This document shows positions 9,408 through 19,697 of a stretch of DNA of 64,000 nt, piece after piece (position 1 is the stretch's first letter; the number at the start of each line of letters is the position of its first letter). Both the position numbers and the translations under genes were made by a program. The notes below the pieces were generated by a model. It ran no database searches and was not told the DNA's origin. It saw only the letters and a list, made by a program, of their open reading frames with translations. This stretch comes from Myxococcota bacterium (lineage in GTDB: Bacteria > Myxococcota_A > UBA9042 > PHBI01 > JAWLBL01), in the NCBI GenBank assembly GCA_041687695.1, contig JAWLBL010000002.1, positions 318,983 to 382,982 on the forward strand, in the 5' to 3' direction.

Positions 9408-9905
9408 TCAGGCGGCCGGCTCGCTGGCCGCGGCGGCGATGCGAGGGTCCTGCGGGCCGGCGACGGGGACGACCTCGACGCCGTGGTCGATGAGGTACTG
9501 GCAGCCGTTGGCGCCCGCGTAGCCGCCGTCGACGACGAGGACGCGGCTGATGCCGGCGTGGTGCAGGATCTTGGCGCACATCAGGCACGGCTCGCCGGTG
9601 ACGATGAGCCAGGCGCCGCGGGTGGGCACGCCGTTGGCGGCGGCGTTGCAGATGACGTTCATCTCGGCGTGGTGGCAGCCGATCTCGATGCGGGTCCCCG
9701 AGGGGATGTGCATCGTGTCGCGCAGGCACACGTCGCCGCCGCAAAGGGCGCCGCCGCCGCGGGGGCCGCCGTTGTAGCCGTCCATCAGGATGACGTTGCG
9801 GGCCGGGTCGATGAGCAGGGCGCCGAAGGTGCGGCGGGGGCAGTTGGAGGCCTTGGCGAGCGCGAGGCACTGCTCGATGCGGATGCGGATGTGCTTTTCC
9901 TTCAC
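9408..9905 (-). CDS. dCMP deaminase / ComEB-family zinc deaminase
   Basis: Motifs SNCPRR, GYNG, HAEMN and PCLMC. GTG start at 9905 is inferred. Confidence 0.85.
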   Translation of the reverse strand: MKEKHIRIRIEQCLALAKASNCPRRTFGALLIDPARNVILMDGYNGGPRGGGALCGGDVCLRDTMHIPSGTRIEIGCHHAEMNVICNAAANGVPTRGAWLIVTGEPCLMCAKILHHAGISRVLVVDGGYAGANGCQYLIDHGVEVVPVAGPQDPRIAAAASEPAA

Positions 9906-10028
9906 GGTCCCAGCTCTCGGGTCGGGGGCGCGGCCGCGTCGCCAGGGGGCGGCGGCGCCGGGAGGCCGGCGCAGAGTACGACAGGCGCCGGCCGAGACAA
10001 ACCGGCGCGTGACGCGTACGATGCCGGC

Positions 10029-10370
10029 ATGCGTTACTTCGCCGTCATCATGAGGGACGGGCCGGGTGCCTTGAGCAGCGTCGTGGTCGAGGCCGAGCGG
10101 CACGCCGAGGTGGGCGCGGCGCACCTGTTCCACAAGGACGACCGGCTGGTGTACCGCTGTCCGGCGGCGTTCGTGGCGGACGTGGTCGGGCACGGGACGC
10201 GCGGCGAGGCCGAGCGGGCGGTGCGCGCCCACCGCGAGCGGCTCGCGGGGGCCGCGACCATCCACGTGCACGAGGCGGCGTCGCCGACCGGGCGGCGGCG
10301 GCGGCGCTCGGGGGACGGGACGGCGAACTTCGCCGAGGGCATCCGGATCGTGGTCGACGAGGGCCGCTGA
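10029..10370 (+). CDS. Hypothetical protein (113 aa)
   Basis: MRYFAVIMRDG... frame has typical codon usage and fills the gap between the deaminase and DUF924 genes. Confidence 0.6.
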   Translation: MRYFAVIMRDGPGALSSVVVEAERHAEVGAAHLFHKDDRLVYRCPAAFVADVVGHGTRGEAERAVRAHRERLAGAATIHVHEAASPTGRRRRRSGDGTANFAEGIRIVVDEGR

Positions 10371-10387
10371 GCGGCGGGGAGGGACGG

Positions 10388-10990
10388 GTGGGCGAGCGCT
10401 ACGACGAGATCCTGGAGTTCTGGTTCGGGCCGCTGCAGGACGAGGCCACCCTGGACACCAGCCGGATGCAGATGTGGTTCCAGGGCGGGCCCGAGCTGGA
10501 CCAGCGGATCCGCGAGCGCTTCGGCGCGCTGCACGACGAGGCGGCGCGCGGCGAGCACGACGCCTGGGCCGCGACGCCCTTCGGGCGCCTCGGGCTGGTC
10601 GTCGTGCTGGACCAGTTCTCACGCCACCTCCACCGCGACTCGGGGCAGGCGTTCGAGCAGGACCCCAAGGCGCTCCAGCTGGTGCTCGAGGGGCTCGACC
10701 TGGGGCACGACCGGCTGGTCTGGCCCATCCACCGGGCCTTCTTCTACCTGCCGCTCGAGCACAGCGAGGACCCCGAGATGCAGGCCCTGTCCGTCGCCCT
10801 GTACGAGCAGCTGGCCCAGGACGCGCCCGCCTCGCTGAGCGAGCTGTTCGCCGGGTTCCTGGACTACGCCCGGCGGCACAAGGTCGTCGTCGATCGCTTC
10901 GGCCGCTTCCCGCACCGCAACGCCGCCCTGGGCCGCGCCTCGACCGCCGAGGAGGAGGCGTTCCTGGCCAGCCCGCAGGCGCCGTTCTGA
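10388..10990 (+). CDS. DUF924 family protein
   Basis: Motifs ILEFWFG, LDQFSR, FFYLPLEHSE and RFGRFPHRNAALGRAST.EE. Confidence 0.9.
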   Translation: MGERYDEILEFWFGPLQDEATLDTSRMQMWFQGGPELDQRIRERFGALHDEAARGEHDAWAATPFGRLGLVVVLDQFSRHLHRDSGQAFEQDPKALQLVLEGLDLGHDRLVWPIHRAFFYLPLEHSEDPEMQALSVALYEQLAQDAPASLSELFAGFLDYARRHKVVVDRFGRFPHRNAALGRASTAEEEAFLASPQAPF

Positions 10991-11042
10991 GCGGGTAGCT
11001 GGCGCGGAGGACGGGGCGGCGGCTGAAGCTGAGGCTGGGGGA

Positions 11043-11362
11043 CCGTGGCCATGGCCGGGGAGCCGTGGGCCCGTGATCCGAGGCTGTGGTCGTGGCCGTG
11101 GCCAAGGCCGTGGGCCGTGGCCGAGGCCGTGTGTCCGTGGCCGAGGCCGTGTGTCCGTGGCCGAGGCCGTGGTCCGTGGCCGAGGCCGTGGTCCGAGGCC
11201 GTGGTCCGTGGTCCGTAATCCGTGGCCGAGGCCGTGATCCGAGGCCGTGGCCGTGGCCGAGGCCGTGGGCCGTGGCCGTGTGTCCGAGGCCGTGGTCCGT
11301 GCCGTGACCGAGGCCTGGGGCCGTGTGTCCAAGGCCGTGGTCCGTGGCCGTGGTCCGAGGCC
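11043..11362. repeat. Intergenic degenerate tandem array of CCG(T/A)GG-type 6-8 nt units
   Basis: Runs such as ccgtggccgaggccgtgtgtccgtggccgagg over about 320 bp; mixed unit lengths break any reading frame. Confidence 0.85.
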
Positions 11363-11399
11363 GAAGACGAGGGCGGGATCCGAAATCGAACGTCGGCGC

Positions 11400-11482
11400 T
11401 TGACGCGACTTCGGGCAGGGAGTAGTGATGAGACCAGGTGGTCTGAGAGTGCGGTATGTGTCTTCGGTTCAACCGTCCGGTT
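11400..11482 (+). promoter_or_regulatory. Sigma70-like promoter and two palindromic operator candidates for the TetR gene
   Basis: TTGACG-17 nt-TAGTGA at 11400-11428; palindromes AGACCAggTGGTCT (11431-11444) and AACCGtcCGGTT (11471-11482). Confidence 0.6.
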
Positions 11483-11502
11483 CAGGCCCTGGGAGTGTTG
11501 AG

Positions 11503-12183
11503 TTGCCTCGTCCTCGCTTCGAGAACCTCGAGCCCGAAAAGCGCAAGGCGATCATCGACGCCGCCGCGCGGGAGATCGCCACGCACGGCTACGACGGCGC
11601 GTCGCTCAACGCGATCCTGGTGTCCGCCGGGCTCAGCAAGGGCGCGTTCTATTACTACTTCGACGACAAGGCCGACCTGTTCGTGACGGTCATGGCGGAG
11701 ATCGAACGCGAGATGATGGAGGGGCTGCGGGACTTCCAGCCGCCCACCGGCGACGGGTTCTGGAGCATGCTCCACCGCAAGCTGGACTTCGTGATGGCCG
11801 AGGTCGACGCGCGGCCCTGGCTGCTGACCATCGGGTCGGTGGTGTTCCGGCTGTCGGACGACGCCAAGAAGCACCCGGCGCTGGCCACGCTGGCGGACCG
11901 GTTCCAGGGGCAGATGGAGGCCTTCATCGCCGCGGGTCAGGCGGTGGGCGCCATCCGAGACGACGTGCCGCAGAGCGCGCTGCTGGCGCTGCTGACGGCG
12001 ATGGACCGCGCGATGAGCGAGTGGCTGGCCGACCACCACGGCGCGCTGAGCCGGTCCGAGCTGCGGCGGTTCCTCGACACGATGACCGAGATGTTCGAGC
12101 GCTTCGCGTCCCCGCCCGGACCGCCGCCCGAGGGGGCGGCCGGGGGCGCGGCGGAAGTCGACGACAGGGAGGAGACGAGATGA
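11503..12183 (+). CDS. TetR/AcrR family transcriptional regulator
   Basis: HTH segment GYDGASLNAILVSAGLSKGAFYYYFDDKADLF; TTG start after GGAG is inferred. Confidence 0.9.
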   Translation: MPRPRFENLEPEKRKAIIDAAAREIATHGYDGASLNAILVSAGLSKGAFYYYFDDKADLFVTVMAEIEREMMEGLRDFQPPTGDGFWSMLHRKLDFVMAEVDARPWLLTIGSVVFRLSDDAKKHPALATLADRFQGQMEAFIAAGQAVGAIRDDVPQSALLALLTAMDRAMSEWLADHHGALSRSELRRFLDTMTEMFERFASPPGPPPEGAAGGAAEVDDREETR

Positions 12184-12959
12184 AGCTGTCGATGGGAGTC
12201 ATGGGCCTCGTGGCGTTGGCCGCGGTGGCCTCGATCACCACGGGCGCGATCGCCGCCGAGCCGCTGCCGACCGTCGCGGACGTGTCGCGGCACCTCGACC
12301 AGATGTACCGCTCGAGGTCGTCCCACGGGACGATGACGATGAAGGTCGTCACCGAGCGCTTCACGCGCGAGATGAAGCTCGAGCAGTGGTCGCGGGGCGA
12401 GGAGCAGGGCCTGGTGGTCATCCGCGCCCCGGCGCGCGAGGCCGGCAACGCCAGCCTGCGCACCGAGGAGGGGCTGTGGAGCTACGCCGCGCGGGCCGAC
12501 CGGCTGGTGCGCATCCCCTCGGGGCTGCTGAGCGAGAGCTGGATGGGCAGCCACTTCACCAACGACGACCTGATGCGCGAGAGCAGCTACGAGAAGGACT
12601 TCGAGAGCGTCGTCGAGCGGGTCGAGGAGGACGGGCGGTCGCTGCTGCGCATCCGGATGACGCCCCGCAAGGGGACGCCGATCGTCTGGACGCGGCTGGA
12701 CTTCCTGGTGACCGACGAGCCCGGCGCGTGGCTGCCCGTGCGCATCGACTTCTTCGACGGCGACCGGGTGGCGCGGGTCATGCGCTACGAGGCCGTCAAG
12801 GAGATCGGCGGGCGGCGCATCCCGACGCGGCTCGTGCTGGCGCCCACCGACAAGCCCAAGGAGTCGACGACCGTGGTCTATGAGGCCATGACCTTCGACG
12901 CCAAGGTCGACGCCGACGTCTTCACGCCGCGCGGGCTGCGGCGGGCGGCGCAGCGATGA
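12180..12959 (+). CDS. Periplasmic LolA-like outer-membrane lipoprotein-sorting family protein
   Basis: Signal peptide and motif SWMGSHFTNDDL; ATGA coupling to the TetR stop. Confidence 0.85.
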   Translation: MKLSMGVMGLVALAAVASITTGAIAAEPLPTVADVSRHLDQMYRSRSSHGTMTMKVVTERFTREMKLEQWSRGEEQGLVVIRAPAREAGNASLRTEEGLWSYAARADRLVRIPSGLLSESWMGSHFTNDDLMRESSYEKDFESVVERVEEDGRSLLRIRMTPRKGTPIVWTRLDFLVTDEPGAWLPVRIDFFDGDRVARVMRYEAVKEIGGRRIPTRLVLAPTDKPKESTTVVYEAMTFDAKVDADVFTPRGLRRAAQR

Positions 12960-14227
12960 ACCTGCGGCTCGCGCTTCGCAGCGTCCTGAAGAACCGCTGG
13001 CGCAGCGCCTTGACGGCCGGCGGCATCGCGGTGGGCGTCGCGCTCATCGTGTGGCTGAGCGGCATCTCCGAGGCGATGCTCGACGTCATGGTGCGCGGCG
13101 CGACCAGCGCGCAGCTGGGGCAGGTGCAGGTCCACGACGTGGCCTACGCCGAAAAGCCCGGGCTGCACGACACGCTGGCCGACGACGACGCGGCGCTGGC
13201 GGCCCTGCGCGGGCTGCCGGGCGTCGAGGGCGCGGCGCGCCGCGTGCACGGCTATGGGCTCATCGGGCACGAGACGCGCTCGCAGGTGGCGCGCATCGTC
13301 GGGGTCGAGGCCGCGCACGAGCCGCGGGTGACCACGGTGGTCAAGGGGCTGGTGGCCGGCGATTGGCTGTCCGAGGCGCCGCCCGCGCCGCCCGCCCCGC
13401 GCGAGGTCGTGCTGGGCGACGGGCTGGCGCGGCTGCTGGACGTCGCGGTGGGCGACGAGCTGGTCGTCCTGCTGCAGGGGGCCGACGGCTCGCTGGGCAA
13501 CGACCTGCTGACGGTGCGCGGCGTCATCAAGACCGGCAACGAGGGGCTCGACCGGTCGGCGGCGTGGATGCACAAGGCCGACGCGCAGTTCGTGATGGCG
13601 CTCGAGGGGCGCGTGCACGAGGTGGCCCTGCAGGTGACGCGGGACGCCAGCCCCGAGGCGGTGCGCGACGCGGCCCGCCGCGCGCTGTCGGGCGGCGCGC
13701 CGCTGAGCGAGGCGGGGGTCGCGGTGCGCACCTGGAAGGAGATCGTCCCGGAGCTGCACCAGGTCGTCGAGCTCTCGCGGCAGGGCGGGGCGGTCATGTA
13801 CCTGTTCGTGTTCGTCATCGCGGCGCTGGGCATCCTGAACGCGCAGCGGATGAGCGCCCTCGAGCGGCGCCGCGAGTTCGGGGTGCTCATCGCCATCGGC
13901 ACCGAGCCCAGGCGCCTGTTCGCGCAGGTCGTGCTGGAGGCCGTGGCCCTGAGCCTGCTGGGCGGGCTCGCGGGCGCGGGCTTCGGCGTCGCGCTGACGG
14001 CGTGGCACGGGTCGGCGGGCTTCGACATGGCGTCCTTCAGCCAGCAGCAGGGCGGGTTCTCGTACATGGGCGTGTCGTTCGCCGAGCGGCTGTACCCGGT
14101 CCTGGACTGGGCCGCGGTCGTCCCGCCCGTGGTCGCGGTCGCGGTCGTGGGCGTCCTGTGCGGGCTGTGGCCGGCGCTCGACAGCGCGCGCCTCGACGCG
14201 GTGCGCGCCATCTCGGGGAGGTCCTGA
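12956..14227 (+). CDS. ABC transporter permease, FtsX/LolCE-like
   Basis: N-terminal TM, large periplasmic domain, ERRREFGVLIAIG motif and C-terminal TMs. Confidence 0.9.
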   Translation: MNLRLALRSVLKNRWRSALTAGGIAVGVALIVWLSGISEAMLDVMVRGATSAQLGQVQVHDVAYAEKPGLHDTLADDDAALAALRGLPGVEGAARRVHGYGLIGHETRSQVARIVGVEAAHEPRVTTVVKGLVAGDWLSEAPPAPPAPREVVLGDGLARLLDVAVGDELVVLLQGADGSLGNDLLTVRGVIKTGNEGLDRSAAWMHKADAQFVMALEGRVHEVALQVTRDASPEAVRDAARRALSGGAPLSEAGVAVRTWKEIVPELHQVVELSRQGGAVMYLFVFVIAALGILNAQRMSALERRREFGVLIAIGTEPRRLFAQVVLEAVALSLLGGLAGAGFGVALTAWHGSAGFDMASFSQQQGGFSYMGVSFAERLYPVLDWAAVVPPVVAVAVVGVLCGLWPALDSARLDAVRAISGRS

Positions 14228-14228
14228 C

Positions 14229-15470
14229 ATGTGGCGGCTCGCCTGGCGCAACCTGCTGCGCAACCGGACGCGGACCTTCATCACCGTCACGGCCATCGCC
14301 CTGAGCTACGGGCTGTTCCTGGTGTCGGCCGGCATCAACGCGGGCATGTACGCCAAGATGCTGAGGTCGGCGGCCCGGACCGCCGGGGGCGACGTCCTCG
14401 TCCACGGCAAGGGCTATTGGGAGACGCGCGCCAGCGACGTCGTGCTGACGGACCCGGCGTCGGCGGTCGCCGCCCTCGAGCAGGTCGAGGGGGTCACCGC
14501 GGTCATCCCGCGGGTCGTGGCGAGCGGGCTCCTGTCGTCGCCGCGGGGCAACGCGGGCGTGCAGCTCAGCGGCATCGACGTCGAGCGCGAGGCCGCCTTG
14601 CGCGACATGCGGCGCCATGCGACCCGGGGCGTGTTCTTCGGAGTCGAGCACGACGACCCCATCGTGCTCGGCACGCGGCTGGCGAGCGACCTGGGCGTCG
14701 ACGTGGGCGATCGGGTCGTCCTGACCGGGACGGACCCGGCCGGAGAGATGGCGCGCCAGCTGTTCTACGTGACCGATCTGGTCGAGACCGGCAGCGCCAT
14801 GGCCGACGGGGCCCTGGCCTACACCACCCTCGAGGCTGCCCAGCGCGCCCTCGGCCTGGGGACGGCCGTGACGCAGATCGGGATCCTGACCGGCGACGGG
14901 CTGGCCCTCGAGGCGGTGCGCGACCGGGCCGCCCGCGCGCTGGGCGCCAGGGCCGAGGCCCTCGAGATCATGACCTGGAAGGAGGCCATGCCCGAGATGG
15001 TCGGCTTCATCGAGATGGACAAGTCCATGAACGTGGTCTTCTCGCTGGTCATCTTCCTCATCGTCGCCTTCGGCATCGCCAACACCTTTATGATGGCGGT
15101 GATGGAGCGCGTCCGTGAGCTGGGCCTGCTCAGCGCCATCGGCGTCGGGCCGTGGCGCATCGGCGGGCTGGTGCTGCGCGAGACCGTCCTGATGTGCCTC
15201 GTCGCCCTCGCGGCCGGGCTCGGGGTCGGGCTCGCGGGGCACGGCTACCTGGCGACCGAGGGGCTCGATCTCGCCGCCCTGATGGGCGGCAGCGAGCTGC
15301 AGGTCTCGGGCGTCGTGCTCGACGACATGATGATCTTCAGCCAGCTGGACCCGGTGGGCTGGGCCACCGCCGGGGCCGTCGTGCTCGGCCTCGTCCTGCT
15401 CAGCGCCCTCTACCCCGCCGTGCGCGCCACGCGCCTCGAGCCGGCCGCCGCCATGAGGACCTACGAATGA
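14229..15470 (+). CDS. ABC transporter permease, FtsX/LolCE-like
   Basis: Motifs LAWRNLLRNRTRT, ERVRELGLLSAIG and YPAVRA.RLEP. Confidence 0.9.
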   Translation: MWRLAWRNLLRNRTRTFITVTAIALSYGLFLVSAGINAGMYAKMLRSAARTAGGDVLVHGKGYWETRASDVVLTDPASAVAALEQVEGVTAVIPRVVASGLLSSPRGNAGVQLSGIDVEREAALRDMRRHATRGVFFGVEHDDPIVLGTRLASDLGVDVGDRVVLTGTDPAGEMARQLFYVTDLVETGSAMADGALAYTTLEAAQRALGLGTAVTQIGILTGDGLALEAVRDRAARALGARAEALEIMTWKEAMPEMVGFIEMDKSMNVVFSLVIFLIVAFGIANTFMMAVMERVRELGLLSAIGVGPWRIGGLVLRETVLMCLVALAAGLGVGLAGHGYLATEGLDLAALMGGSELQVSGVVLDDMMIFSQLDPVGWATAGAVVLGLVLLSALYPAVRATRLEPAAAMRTYE

Positions 15471-16207
15471 TCGCCACCGCCTCCGCCGCGACGGGCGCCG
15501 CCCCGGCCCCCGCCGCCGGCGCCCCCCTCATCACCGTCACCGACCTCCACCGCACCTACCGCCAGGGCGCCGTCGACATCCACGCCCTGCGCGGCGTCGA
15601 CCTGACCGTCGGCCAGGGCGAGTTCACCGTCCTGACCGGCCCCTCCGGCTCGGGCAAGTCCACGCTGCTCAACGTCATCGGCTGCCTCGACAAGCCGACC
15701 GCCGGCCGCGTGGTCATCGACGGCACCGACGTGACCCACCTCGGCCGCAACGCGGGCGCCCGCTTCCGCCTGGCGCGGCTCGGCTTCGTGTTCCAGGCCT
15801 ACAACCTCGTCCCGGTCCTGACCGCCTACGAGAACGCCGAGTACACGCTGGCCCTGCAGGGCGTGCCCAAGGCGCGCCGCCGCGCGCTGGTCGAGCCGCT
15901 GATGGCGCGCGTCGGCCTGGCCGATCTCATGCACCGCAAGCCCCACGAGCTCAGCGGCGGCCAGCAACAACGCGTCGCCGTGGTGCGCGCCCTGGCCTCG
16001 CGCCCGGCGCTGGTCCTGGCCGACGAGCCCACCGCCAACCTGGACAGCGCGACCTCGACCAGCCTGCTCGACCTCCTGCTCGAGCTGCAGGCCGAGCACG
16101 GCATCACCTTCCTGCTCGCCTCGCACGACGCGCTGCTGGTCGCGCGCGCCCGGCGCGTGGTGCGCCTCCTCGACGGCCGGGTCGATGCGGACGAGCGCCG
16201 TCCTTAG
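15467..16207 (+). CDS. ABC transporter ATP-binding protein (LolD/MacB-like)
   Basis: Walker [10 protein letters not shown], signature LSGGQQQR, Walker [10 protein letters not shown], and SHD. Confidence 0.95.
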   Translation: MIATASAATGAAPAPAAGAPLITVTDLHRTYRQGAVDIHALRGVDLTVGQGEFTVLTGPSGSGKSTLLNVIGCLDKPTAGRVVIDGTDVTHLGRNAGARFRLARLGFVFQAYNLVPVLTAYENAEYTLALQGVPKARRRALVEPLMARVGLADLMHRKPHELSGGQQQRVAVVRALASRPALVLADEPTANLDSATSTSLLDLLLELQAEHGITFLLASHDALLVARARRVVRLLDGRVDADERRP

Positions 16208-17426
16208 CCTGGGCGCGGCCGCCCTGCTGCTGGCCGCCGCGCCCGCGACCGCCGCGGTCCCGCTGGCCGAGGGCGAGCGCTTCGAGCTGACCCTGGGCGG
16301 CTACGCGCGCCTGCTCAACGGCCTCCAGCTCCCCGCGCTCGAGGACCCCACCGGCGCCCTCGTCCCCGACGCCATCGGCCTCGACAGCTCCATCGCCCGC
16401 CTCGAGTGGAAGGCCCGCTTCGGCGACGCCGTCACGGTCGAGCTGCACAACCGCTTCGCCTGGCAGCTCTCCAGCAGCGCCCTGGCCGGCGACGCGCTGG
16501 GCCTGGGCGCGACCCGCCCGCCCGACCGCACCGTCGATCTGTCGACCGTGCTGGTCTCCGAGGGCGGCGCCCGCCTCGAGCACGACCTCGACCGCGCCGT
16601 GGTCCGCCTGTTCCTGGGCGACCTCGATCTCGCGCTCGGCCGCCAGGCCATCACCTGGGGCACCTCGAACCTGTTCACGGTGGCCGACGTCTGGGCGGCC
16701 TTCAGCCCGTTCGAGCTCGACACGTCGCAAAAGCGCGGCATCGACGCGGTGCGCGCCCTGACGACCCTCGGCGACGGGCTCGAGCTGGACGTGGTGGTGG
16801 CCGATCGCGGCCGCCTCGAGGACCTGTCGGCCGGCGCGCGCCTGACCTGGTACGCGGACTTCGGCGACGTGTACGTCGCGGGCGGAAAGGTCTGGGATCT
16901 GGCGCTGCTGATGGGCGGCCTGTCCACCGAGGTCGACGCCTTCAAGCTGCGCGGCGAGGCCTCGCTGCCCTACCGGCTCGACGCCGACCCCGGCCAGGAC
17001 TCGGGCCTGCTGGCCCCCCGGGTCACCCTGGGCGCCGACTGGTTCCACGGGGATCTCGTGCTCACCGCCGAAGGCCACCTCAACGGCCCCGGCGCCGACG
17101 ACCCGGCCGACTACGTCGCGACGGCCAGCGACGAGCGGCACCTGCGCGGCGAGGTCTACCTCCTCGGGCGCTGGTACGCCGGCCTGGCCGCCTCCTACCA
17201 GCTGACCGAGCTGCTCACCGCCTCGTCGGCCGTGCTCGCCAACGTCGGCGACCCCAGCGCGCTCGCCACCTGGTCGCTGCGCTACTCGCTGAGCGAGGAG
17301 GCCGAGGTCTCCCTGGGCGGCTTCCACGGCGTCGGCGCCGCGCCGACCCTCGCCCCGCCCACCCTCGACAGCGAGCTGGGCGCCTACGGGCACCTGGTGT
17401 GGCTGCAGATGGCCGCCTTCTTCTGA
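16185..17426 (+). CDS. Putative outer-membrane beta-barrel protein
   Basis: Signal peptide, alternating beta-strand pattern, GRQAITWG motif and C-terminal Phe. Confidence 0.75.
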   Translation: MRTSAVLSLGAAALLLAAAPATAAVPLAEGERFELTLGGYARLLNGLQLPALEDPTGALVPDAIGLDSSIARLEWKARFGDAVTVELHNRFAWQLSSSALAGDALGLGATRPPDRTVDLSTVLVSEGGARLEHDLDRAVVRLFLGDLDLALGRQAITWGTSNLFTVADVWAAFSPFELDTSQKRGIDAVRALTTLGDGLELDVVVADRGRLEDLSAGARLTWYADFGDVYVAGGKVWDLALLMGGLSTEVDAFKLRGEASLPYRLDADPGQDSGLLAPRVTLGADWFHGDLVLTAEGHLNGPGADDPADYVATASDERHLRGEVYLLGRWYAGLAASYQLTELLTASSAVLANVGDPSALATWSLRYSLSEEAEVSLGGFHGVGAAPTLAPPTLDSELGAYGHLVWLQMAAFF

Positions 17427-17501
17427 GCCGCGCGCCGAGGGCCTCGCCAACCGACCGGCGCCGCGGCATCATGCGCCGGCACACCTCGGGAGGCCCCCTT
17501 C

Positions 17502-17966
17502 ATGCGTCAAGTCTTGTCCCTCGCGGTCCTGTTGACGGTCGCCTGCCTCGGCGGCGCGGCCCTGGCCGACGTCCCACCGCCGCCCGGCTACGTCGAGCAG
17601 TGCACGGTCGCAAAGCAGCAGAAGCGCGGCGCAGCCTGCGTCAGCTGCGGCGACGCCTACCACGGCGATCGCGACGCGTGCGAGCGGTCGCTCGCGCCCC
17701 AGGGCTACGAGCGCCGCTGCAAGACGCGGGGCGCCTCGGTCTGGACCGAGGTCTGGTGCCGGCCGGCCGCCGCCGCGCCCACCGAGCCGACCCCCAAGGA
17801 AGAGGGCAAGTCCGCGCAGGTCCAGCCCGCCGCCCCGGCCGACGCTCCCGCTCCGGCGCGCTCCTTCTGGGCGTGCGGTGTGGGCTCGCCCCAGGGGGCG
17901 TGGGGCGCCTGGGCGCTGGCGCTGCTGGCCCTCGGCTGGCTGCGACTGCGCCGCCGCCTCGTTTAG
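17502..17966 (+). CDS. Small secreted Cys-containing protein with MYXO-CTERM-like tail
   Basis: Signal peptide ending ALA-DVPPPP; C-terminus ACGVG...WALALLALGWLRLRRR. Confidence 0.75.
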   Translation: MRQVLSLAVLLTVACLGGAALADVPPPPGYVEQCTVAKQQKRGAACVSCGDAYHGDRDACERSLAPQGYERRCKTRGASVWTEVWCRPAAAAPTEPTPKEEGKSAQVQPAAPADAPAPARSFWACGVGSPQGAWGAWALALLALGWLRLRRRLV

Positions 17967-17968
17967 GG

Positions 17969-18916
17969 TCAGCGCGGCGCGCGCGGCTGGGGCTGGGCGC
18001 GCGCGGCGGCGTAGGCGGCGTTGGCGCGCAGGCGCGGGTCTGACGGGCGCGCGGCGGCGGCCCGCTCGTACAGGCGGGCGGCCTCGGGCCAGCGCCCCTC
18101 GTCGGCGGCGCGGGCGGCCAGCGCCTCGTCGATGGGGTAGGTCGACCTCAGCACCTCGAGCGCGCGCGCCATCTCGCGGCGGCGGTCGGGCGTGACGAGC
18201 GGGTGCGCGGCCAGCTTCCAGCGCAGCAGGATCTCGCGCTCCTCGGCCGCCAGCAGGGTGTCGGCGGGGACGGTGTCGCTGACGGCGGCCGCCCAGCGCC
18301 ACGTGAAAGCGGCGCGCACGACCGGGCCCATGCCCGCCACCACGCGCCCCGTGGCGTCGACCAGGCCCGTGGCGCGCGCCTCGCTGAGGAAGGTGCCGCC
18401 CAGGCGCTCGACCTCGGCGGCGTCGCCGGCCTCGAGCGCGGCCATGAACCGGTCGACGAAGCGCTGGCCCAGCCCCATGTACGGCTCGGCGCCGACGTGG
18501 TGCAGGAACTCGACGGCGCGCTGCTGGTAGTCGGCGGCGGCGTCGGCGAGGCCGTCGCTCTTGCGCGAGCCCTTGTGGCGCAGATCCGCCGCGTTGTAGG
18601 CCAGGTAGGCCTGCGTCAGGGTCTGGACCTGGGGCCGGTCGTCGGCCGGCGCAGCGGCCAGGCGCGCCCGGGCGACCGCCTCGAGCGCCGTCAGCTCGCG
18701 CGGCGTGGCGCGCCAGTCGGGCACCCGCAGGTCCACGTCGGCCGGGGTCGGGCCGGTCACGTCGACCCGGAACACGCGCAGCGCGGTCGCGGCGCCGCCG
18801 ACCAGCAGCAGCAGGGCCAGGACGGCCGCCGTCCCGGGCGGCAGGCGCGGCGGGGCGGGGCGCTCGTCGGCGGGCGCGGGCGCCGGGGCGGCGTCGGTCC
18901 GGGCGGGCTGGGTCAT
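17969..18916 (-). CDS. Membrane-anchored helical hypothetical protein with C-terminal TPR-like segment
   Basis: ATG at 18916 overlaps the upstream stop; one TM; ends EAARLYERAAAARPSDPRLRAN. Confidence 0.7.
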   Translation of the reverse strand: MTQPARTDAAPAPAPADERPAPPRLPPGTAAVLALLLLVGGAATALRVFRVDVTGPTPADVDLRVPDWRATPRELTALEAVARARLAAAPADDRPQVQTLTQAYLAYNAADLRHKGSRKSDGLADAAADYQQRAVEFLHHVGAEPYMGLGQRFVDRFMAALEAGDAAEVERLGGTFLSEARATGLVDATGRVVAGMGPVVRAAFTWRWAAAVSDTVPADTLLAAEEREILLRWKLAAHPLVTPDRRREMARALEVLRSTYPIDEALAARAADEGRWPEAARLYERAAAARPSDPRLRANAAYAAARAQPQPRAPR

Positions 18917-19587
18917 CGCGGCTCCGTCAGGCCTTCGAAGTAGGCGAGGATCTGCGGGTCCGTCCAGTCGCGCTCGTTGACGAAGCGCGCCAGCACGCGC
19001 CCGTCGCGGATGACGTAGGTCTCGGGCAGGCGGCGCGTGCCCAGGCGCGTGCGCATCATCTGCGCCTCGTCGGTCGCGGGGTCCCGGGCGAGGAGCAGCT
19101 CGCGCGGCAGGCCGCCCGTGGTCTTGTTGAAGAAGTCGGCGATGGTGGCCCAGTCCTCGTCGTAGCTGACGGCGACCATCAGGAACGGACGGCCGGCCAT
19201 GCGGCGGCGCAGCTCGCGCATCGAGGGCAGCTCGCGGCGGCAGGGCTCGCACCAGGTGGCCCAGAAGTTCAGGAAGACCGTGGTGCCCGGCGGGACGTCG
19301 GCCAGCCGGAAGGGCACGCCGCCCTGCTGGGGCGCGCCCTCGAGGGTCAGGGCCGCCAGATCGGCCGGCAGCTCGCGGTCGACCAGCTGCGCGCCGATGG
19401 CGGGCATCAGCTCGCGCAGGCGTCCTCCGGGGCCGCGGGCCTGGATGGCGGACCAGGTCTGCAGGAGGATGAACAGGGCGAGCGCCACCGCCGAGGCGAC
19501 GACGAAGGCCTTGCGCGCCGGTGGGGTTTGCAGTGTCTTGGGAGTGGCCTCGCCGGAGGCCGCGTTCGGTGCCGATTGCGCAGACAT
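18913..19587 (-). CDS. TlpA/ResA-family thiol-disulfide oxidoreductase
   Basis: Motifs [11 protein letters not shown] and LPETYVI; N-terminal TM. Start could instead be 19635. Confidence 0.88.
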   Translation of the reverse strand: MSAQSAPNAASGEATPKTLQTPPARKAFVVASAVALALFILLQTWSAIQARGPGGRLRELMPAIGAQLVDRELPADLAALTLEGAPQQGGVPFRLADVPPGTTVFLNFWATWCEPCRRELPSMRELRRRMAGRPFLMVAVSYDEDWATIADFFNKTTGGLPRELLLARDPATDEAQMMRTRLGTRRLPETYVIRDGRVLARFVNERDWTDPQILAYFEGLTEPR

Positions 19588-19697
19588 CGGTTTGCGCGTA
19601 CCACGAGGCGGCTCGGGCGCCAAGTCGATCGCCATCAGGTCACGCCACCATGCCGCGGCCGGGAGCACCCGCCGCGGGCCGAAGAGGGACTGAGGAC

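Noticed and set aside
9408..9905. Anti-phage dCTP deaminase defence gene
   Set aside because: Standalone ~165-aa deaminase with no fused kinase domain and no defence-island context; fits an ordinary dCMP deaminase.
11043..11362. CRISPR array or coding repeat
   Set aside because: No constant 25-40 bp repeat with unique spacers, no cas genes, and unit lengths of 6-8 nt are incompatible with a stable frame.
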